A stretch of 55,517 nucleotides of DNA, counting the filler, from Sphacelaria rigidula (Eukaryota), in assembly GCA_964200075.2 (NCBI GenBank). It is 3 parts of 3 records of this genome, joined end to end, with 100 filler letters (N's around TTAATTAATTAA, not from the genome) between each part and the next. Parts side by side here need not be neighbours in the genome. Positions count along the whole stretch, not along the records: positions 37,082 to 55,517 come from CAXNAA020000858.1; 2 more parts are not named here. One strand, given 5' to 3'. Positions within the stretch are counted from its first letter, which is position 1; every line of letters starts with the position of its first letter. The notes under the pieces were generated by a model, which saw nothing but the letters and a program-made list of their open reading frames with translations, was not told the origin of the DNA and did not search any database. A program made the position numbers and the translations under genes. Shown one piece after another: positions 49,124 to 55,517 of this stretch.

Positions 49124-50934
49124 TAATTTTTTTCCACAACGAGCAACGACTCGAGTGCTCGCCCTATTATTTTTTTCCACAACGAGCAATGACTCGAGTG
49201 CTCGCCCTATTAGTTTGTTTCCACAACGAGCAATGATTCGAGTGCTCGCCCCAATAGCTTGTTTCCACAACGAGCAATGGCTCGAGTGCTCCCCCTAGTA
49301 GTCTTTTTTACAGGGAGCAATGAATCGAGTGCTCGTCCGACGTGTGATTCTTTTCCACAACGAGAAATGACTCGAGTGCTCGCCCTATTGATTTTCACGG
49401 CCGACGAGCAGCCCAACGAGTGCGATAGCAACAGGTCACACTCGTGCTCATCAGACGTGTGAAATCTTTGACGTGTTCTAGTTGAAATCGTCTTCTTCTT
49501 TTTTACACACTACCCCACGTGGGCGAACGGCCGAAGAGTATGCAGTAGGCCCGAAAAATGGCGGTTCCTCGCCCCGATTCTGACGAATCCGGGGGGTGAG
49601 AGAACGTAAACGACCGATTCTGCTTGTTGACTGTCCGCAGCGCCGCCGCCTTTGTTGCAGCAAGGAGCGACGGCCACTCATCCGACGTTTGTTTGAGAGG
49701 TCGAGCTCCTCGGTGTCGTATTTCTCAGCTCTGCAGATTTTCCACAGTTTTGACGGTACTCGGGATCAACACAGTAGTAGCGATCGGTCAGCGGACCTAG
49801 AACACCCTTGGTCACCCTTGAGTTGCCTGGCGGAATGACTAGTGCAATGTTTGCTGTCATGGCGAAGTCGCGGCCCGATGATAACTCAGCGCCCCGTTTA
49901 CGCCGTGTGGGCGTGTGCACGGGGAAGGCCACTGTGGTTGTGGTTGGTAGTGGACGATTATTCGTCGAAAGTCTGCTAAAAAGGCGGACAGTTCTGAACC
50001 ATTCTCGAACACAACCTCCCCCCAAATCTCAAAACTGCTTCCCAAACATGGGCAACGTCGCCCTAAAATATCGCAGTGAAAAACTACGACTCCGATTCGC
50101 TTTTCTCCTATCAGCATCCTCATGGCTGTATCGTTCCAACGAGCCTAACCATAGTGTGGTGAGCCCCTCCGCTGGCGAGATATCATCTGCACCCCATGAC
50201 CGGCCGTACCATGGGACAGAGGGAGTATGTAGGTGCGCGGCTACAACCTACCTCGTGATGACAATCGTTTCTACGTCGTATTATTTTACGTTTTTGCGAA
50301 CGCTCTCTCCGGTTAGCAACTTACACCCCGTATGAAAAGATATGCCCACTACATATCAACCGTCGACCTTCATCAGTTGTTCACGTACAGGCAAGGGGGC
50401 TTTTTACATGATCGGCTGACAACAAATATCAGGCAGATTGGGGGTGTTGCCAATGAGCACTCAGTGTAGGTTTCTGAGGGAGGTCACCCTCGAGCGTTCT
50501 CAGCAATCGACGTAAGAGAGCACGCGGGACGTGGGGCATGGCTGTTGCGCGGGTGCAGGTTGATCAGTCGGTTTCAACGTGAGTTCAAGAGCAAGTTGGT
50601 CTGGTGCAGCATTTTTCTTTTTGATTCCTTCATGGCGTGGTGCGGACGTTCCTGATGTCAGTAAACGTTTCCGGGACTTGATCGTGGGAGAGAGGACCCT
50701 GTTTTGACCGAGAGTAGGCCAGATCTAGATGTTCCTGGTCCTTTGTGATACTATTTCTCCCGCCTAACACATTTCTTTCATCGCGTACAGGCCACCTTCA
50801 CTTCAAAGATACCAGCTAATCTTTTGGGGCCCTGCTAAACGTACTGCGCACAGTGACGCTAAATTACGAGCGAGAAGAATATTCGCTTCACTCTTGTCTA
50901 GATAGTTGCCGTCAGAAAGGAAGTATGGAGGTAG

Positions 50935-51700
50935 CGCGGGGGGGGCGAATTCCTTTGCTGCTTGCCTTAGTCATTTGACCGTTGACCACGCATCCCTTTC
51001 GAGACGGAGCACCGTTCCTGCTCGTAGCAGGGTTATGTCCAAGATTGGGGCGCTCATTACGTTCCATCAATACATAACAAAATGTCGTTTCACATATTTC
51101 ATCCCCCTTCTCTTCCGCCGTCTGTGGCCACGACCTGTCTCCGATTCCATCGGTTGTTTTGCTCGATACTATCTAAAGTATCGAACTATCCAGTGTCACA
51201 CTCGTTCTGTCCCCTTATATCCTCCTCTCACCCGTCCCGCATCTCCTCGTATAGTTCTTGCTCACCCACTCTATGAGTTTCTAATCTCCGTCGGTAATGT
51301 CTCGACTTCCTCCTCCACCCGACTGCTGGTATAACTCTCCCTTGTTTCTGACACGTGCACGTCCACCACCCAATATCGCTGTTTCAGCCTTTTCCGTGGT
51401 CCATATGTCCATGCAGATATCTTGCCACCCCGACCCCTTCTCTCAACCCCGCCGTACATCTCAAGGTCTTCCTCCTCGTCCACTTTCTGTCTTGGCGCCT
51501 GTTTTCCCCGTATGTTCATCCTTTCGTTTTACGTTTGTCTTGCACCCCCCACATTCGCCTGTGGGCATTATCCCTTCTCGGTTCCTTCCTATATCCTCCC
51601 ATACTTTGTCGATTACGCCATCCCACCTCGTTCCAGCCTGCCCTCTCTCTACTGTCCTCCGTGGCGTCCTACCAACTACGGCTGACGGTATATTTTTTGG
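50935..51700 (-). mobile_element. Degenerate LINE 3' portion
   Basis: Broken minus-strand peptide QKVDEEEDLEMYG...YTSSRVEEEVE...; the terminal ~150 nt are homologous to 15760-15900 and 1-90. Confidence 0.7.
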
Positions 51701-51793
51701 GATGTTTCTCAGATCATATTAGACATTTCAAATTCTCATACCTCTATTTCTTTCGAGTGGGCGCATTTTCAATTCTGCTCTTTATACTGTATA

Positions 51794-52744
51794 CCGTAAG
51801 TTGCTCCGTGATCCCACAGGGCGTGAATTTCGCATAGGGGTCGTGAGAACGCACCCCTGTGCGATCAAAAACACGGTTCGAAATGATTCAATTGGTTTTT
51901 CGCACAGGGGGCGTTGTTTTCGCACAGGGGTGCGATCTCAAGGATGAAATGCGTCTCAGCCACCTTCGGGGCGTGAAGACGCGTGCGCGCGGATGGGTCT
52001 TTGGGGCGGACAGCCTGAGTTGCCATATTTTTTGTCTTTATTCCCCTCGTCGTCATGGGGCTGGTCTAGACTACGTACTGCGGTGTGGCAGCGCAGACAC
52101 AAAAAACATGCGGAGTGGTTTTCTTCTTCAATTTATCTTACTCCAGTTCTCGTCGTGCACCTCTTGGATAGAACCACCACAGCCGAAACCTTTCACCAAA
52201 CGCCAACACGGACGGAAAGATGGAAGCCCGAAAGCAAACGCGTACTGGCACCGAACGATATTTCGTGCAATCAACCTCGTGTCTCTCTTTGACATTTCGT
52301 GTAACGGTATACCGGTACCACGACAACTACCGTAGGCTCGTGCGGTGTGCTTGATGCTGTCGTGCTGTGGCTGTGTGCCTGTGTGCACTTGCTATGTTTC
52401 AGGCATCTTCAGACCTTGTTCCTACGGCAGTACTGTTGCAGATTGTTCCTTTACACCGGCGAAGATATACTCAGTATCGCACATGGCGGGGTTATCGCAC
52501 AGGGTGTGCGTTCAAAGACCCTGGTGTCATCGAAATTATTTACTGAATATCGCACATATCGTTGAGATGGCACAGGGGTGTGCGATGGAAAAGCAGTATA
52601 CCAAAGGATTCAATTCGATTTTCGCACAGGGAGCGCGGTGTTCGCACAGGGGTCGTGAGAACGCACCCCTGTGCGAAAAAAGAACAAGTTCGAAAACATT
52701 TAAAAATCGATCGCACCCCTGTGCGATCACAGAGCAACTTACGG
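51794..52744. mobile_element. Tc1/mariner (pogo-like) MITE, 951 bp
   Basis: TA|CCGTAAGTTGCTCCGTGATCCCACAGGG ... CCCTGTGCGATCACAGAGCAACTTACGG|TA (TA TSD, ~30-bp TIR), with many subterminal CGCACAGGGG/CCCCTGTGCG motifs. Confidence 0.85.
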
Positions 52745-54121
52745 TATTACCCGCGTTTTTTTTGCATCCCAGTATTGTTATTTGTACTGTTTCCAGCCTC
52801 TTCACGAAGTTCGTGCTCCTTTCCCATACTCGTCCTGCACATTGTAGCTCTGGTGCAACTACGTTCATCAGAATACATCTCATACGCTTAGGGTCACGTC
52901 AATCTTGCCCATCTGTGCCTTATACCTTATCATTACTTCATCTATGTGTGCATCGCGAGGACAGTTTTGTTTTGAATCTCTATGCCAAAGTACGTATACT
53001 CATCTACGATCGGAAAAATCTCTCCCGCTCAACGTCCATTCGAGTTGTACAGGATTCATTATCATTATCTTCGCTGCGTACAACTGCCGCGCATCTTTGA
53101 CGTTTGCCGTAACTCAAAATTTCATGGTGTATCTCAGTGCCTTCTCTTCTTGTTTCTTCAATCCTTCTGGGCGGGGAGGGGAGGGGGGGAAGTTCTACAA
53201 TCTTATCCTGGCCCCCCTTTGATGATATGGGTAAAACTTGATCAGCGCGCCGTGAGAATTGGGCTGAACCGAGCGGACGACGAGAACAAAACGGAAAGCT
53301 CGTCAGCCAAGAGCAATATCATGATACCAAACGCTTGAGCCGTGAACGCCGATTCAAGTGTGGGTAGTGGCCAGGAAAAATTCACTTACGTTACAGCACA
53401 GTGCACGCGGTACAGCGGTCAGCGAAGGTTTCCCCGACGAATCCAGCTAGCATTGGTTGTCCTGGCTAGTATGCCGTTCTCGGCGTAAGCACCCCTCATA
53501 CACCACTTGGAAAGGCTAGGAGACGGGCAGCGAGCTGCCGCTGTTGGCACTATCGAAATCCCTGTGGTTTACTACAGTGTTCATCCATGCCTATCAGCAC
53601 CGCGCCTGTTGCTCTCTCTTGTGTGCTGCGACTGTTGGCGCCTCTCGGTTCTGCTCTCCTGTACGTCGCTGCTGCGACCGCTTCTGTTCCTTAGTGCTGT
53701 CACTGTCCGTGCCGATTGGTGCTGCAGCTGTTCGTGTATACGTGTATGAAGCAGGGTAGTGCATACTGTGCTTGGTTTGTCATGTTTGGTGTGTGGGTGA
53801 TGAGGGGGCAGTATCATTGTCATCTCAAGGGGTGCTGCTGAGGGTGGTGGCAGAATCAGCTGCGCGTACTTACATCAACCAGGATTCAGTACATATATCG
53901 TGTTTAAAACCCCGATGACTCGTCGACGTGGCCCGCGCGGCAACGACCATTTTGGCGCACAGTAACCATTCATTACTGATAATCGATCGGACCCACCGCT
54001 GTAGACACGAGAAGATAGACTGCAGCCAGTAGTGGCCAAAACGGGGTACACCAGCCACGTTGCGGCCAAGAAGGATGGTACTCATGGGAGGCAACGGCGA
54101 ACGAGCGATGCCGCGATACCC

Positions 54122-54795
54122 CCCGGACATAGACATGAAATAGAGAAGCTAACCCTCCTTTGTTATTTAACCTACTCTAACACAGCCTGGACATAGACAT
54201 GAAATAGAGAAGCTTACCCTACTTTTTATTTCACCTACTCTAACACAGTGCATGATCATGAGTACTCTAACACAGCCGGGACATGAACATGAAATGGAGA
54301 AGCTAATCCTCCTTTCCATTGTACCTACTATAACACAGCCCGGACATAAACATGAAGTAGAAAAGCTAACCCTGCTTTTTATTCAACCTACCAGAACACA
54401 GCCTGGACATAGACATGAAGTAGAGAAGCTAGCCCTGCTTTTTATTCAACCTACCAGAACACAGCCTGGACATAGACATGGAATAGAGGAGCCTACCCTC
54501 CTTATTCTTTAACCTACTATAACACAGCCCGGACATAGACATGAAGACAGAAGCTAACCCTCCTTTCTCTTTTCACCTACTATAACACAGCCGGGACACA
54601 GGCATGAAGTAGAGAAGCTTGCCCTCCTTTTCACTTAACCTACTCTAACCCAGTCCGGACATAGACATGAAATAGAGAAGCTAACCCTCCTTTTTTATTC
54701 AACCTACTGTAACACAGCCTGGACATAGACATGAAATAGAGAAGCTTACCCTGCTTTTCCTTCAACCTACCAGAACACAGCCCGGATATAGACAC
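54122..54795. repeat. ~63-bp minisatellite, ~10-11 copies
   Basis: Unit CCYGGACATAGACATGAARTAGAGAAGCTAACCCTCCTTTTTATTYAACCTACTMTAACACAG; starts recur at 54122, 54186, 54402 and 54465. Confidence 0.93.
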
Positions 54796-55517
54796 GGAAT
54801 CGCGGAAAATAACCGAGATTCTTCCTCATCATATTATCACAAATCCAAGACAATAATAAATGCAAAACCTAGACATGTAAACAACAGCACGGAAGTCGAC
54901 CACCTCACGTGTAAATCAAAAGTACAGAAGATATAACCAGTACGGATCGGGTAGGGTCATCACCCCCTCCATGTCGAATTCACATGGAGGTTGGGGTCTC
55001 GTGGTGAGATACCCGTAAAACCTTACCGGTTTCCATTGGGCGGTGGAAGTCTGGTCAGCCATTTCCAGAAATCTCCGACATGAGGTGCAAAAGGTGCCTC
55101 ATGAAGGGAAGGGGTGGACAATGCATGGCAAAAATGCCAAGACCTACTGCACTCATGACACAAGCACCTTACCAATGACCGACCACATGACCTACGAGGA
55201 GGAACACCAAGCGGTACGTAGACTTCTTGAGATCTTGAAGGATAGAAGTTGGTACAAAGTGTGGGGGTATCGCTGGCCAAGCTTTCGTCAGCGAAGGTCT
55301 ACTCGAAAGCATCAGTGGAGTAGCGACCCATGGTGAACCGTACACGGAGTGGAAGAGTGATGTACGGGACATCCCGGTGCGAGTAAGACCTTGTGTTGTG
55401 CAAGCCGTCCTTGAACCTTGTACGGTGAAGACGACCTCCCTGGAGGAAAGTAACCAGTACAGCAGCGGAGCAAGAAGATCGAAGATATGATCGTGGGACG
55501 CCTGGATGGTTTACCAG

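Larger units (their letters stand above)
47150..49395. repeat. ~40-bp minisatellite array interrupted by two transposon insertions
   Basis: The unit TTTTTCCACAACGAGCAATGACTCGAGTGCTCGCCCTATTA occurs ~4x at 47150-47308 and ~7x at 49126-49395. The interrupted unit resumes exactly after each insertion. Confidence 0.85.

Noticed and set aside
47150-49395. CRISPR-like appearance of the ~40-bp repeats
   Set aside because: The units are contiguous and degenerate with no unique spacers, there are no cas genes, and the context is eukaryotic.
52345-53100. 251-aa ORF
   Set aside because: It overlaps MITE subterminal repeats, has atypical composition, and shows no transposase motifs.
55023-55517. Coding-like sequence at the window end
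   Set aside because: Frames are interrupted and no family could be recognised; possibly a TE remnant, but not supportable.

Overview
Eukaryotic, intron-rich DNA (many exons with GT-AG introns of roughly 0.2-1.5 kb, dispersed SINE/LINE/MITE repeats). The style strongly suggests a brown alga (Ectocarpus-like Phaeophyceae); this is an inference. Two 100-nt N/TTAATTAATTAA/N linkers (18442-18541, 36982-37081) split the window into three contigs that may not be true neighbours. Contig 1 holds 20 phase-consistent exons (>2,270 aa, both ends missing) of a giant Ala/Glu/Arg-rich coiled-coil protein. Contig 2 holds the first four exons of a cytoplasmic dynein-1 heavy chain (minus strand, running into the gap) and a divergent two-exon gene encoding a ~359-aa protein with two RVxF-type motifs. 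Contig 3 holds the last nine exons of a GH88 unsaturated glucuronyl hydrolase, which appears to splice through a GC donor into an uncharacterised ~150-aa beta-rich C-terminal domain. The rest of contig 3 is a transposon-rich region with PIF/Harbinger-like and Tc1/mariner-like MITEs, minisatellites and LINE remnants. Most ORFs in the supplied six-frame track are spurious or are single exons extended into introns. All gene models were assembled by eye from splice signals and reading-frame phase.
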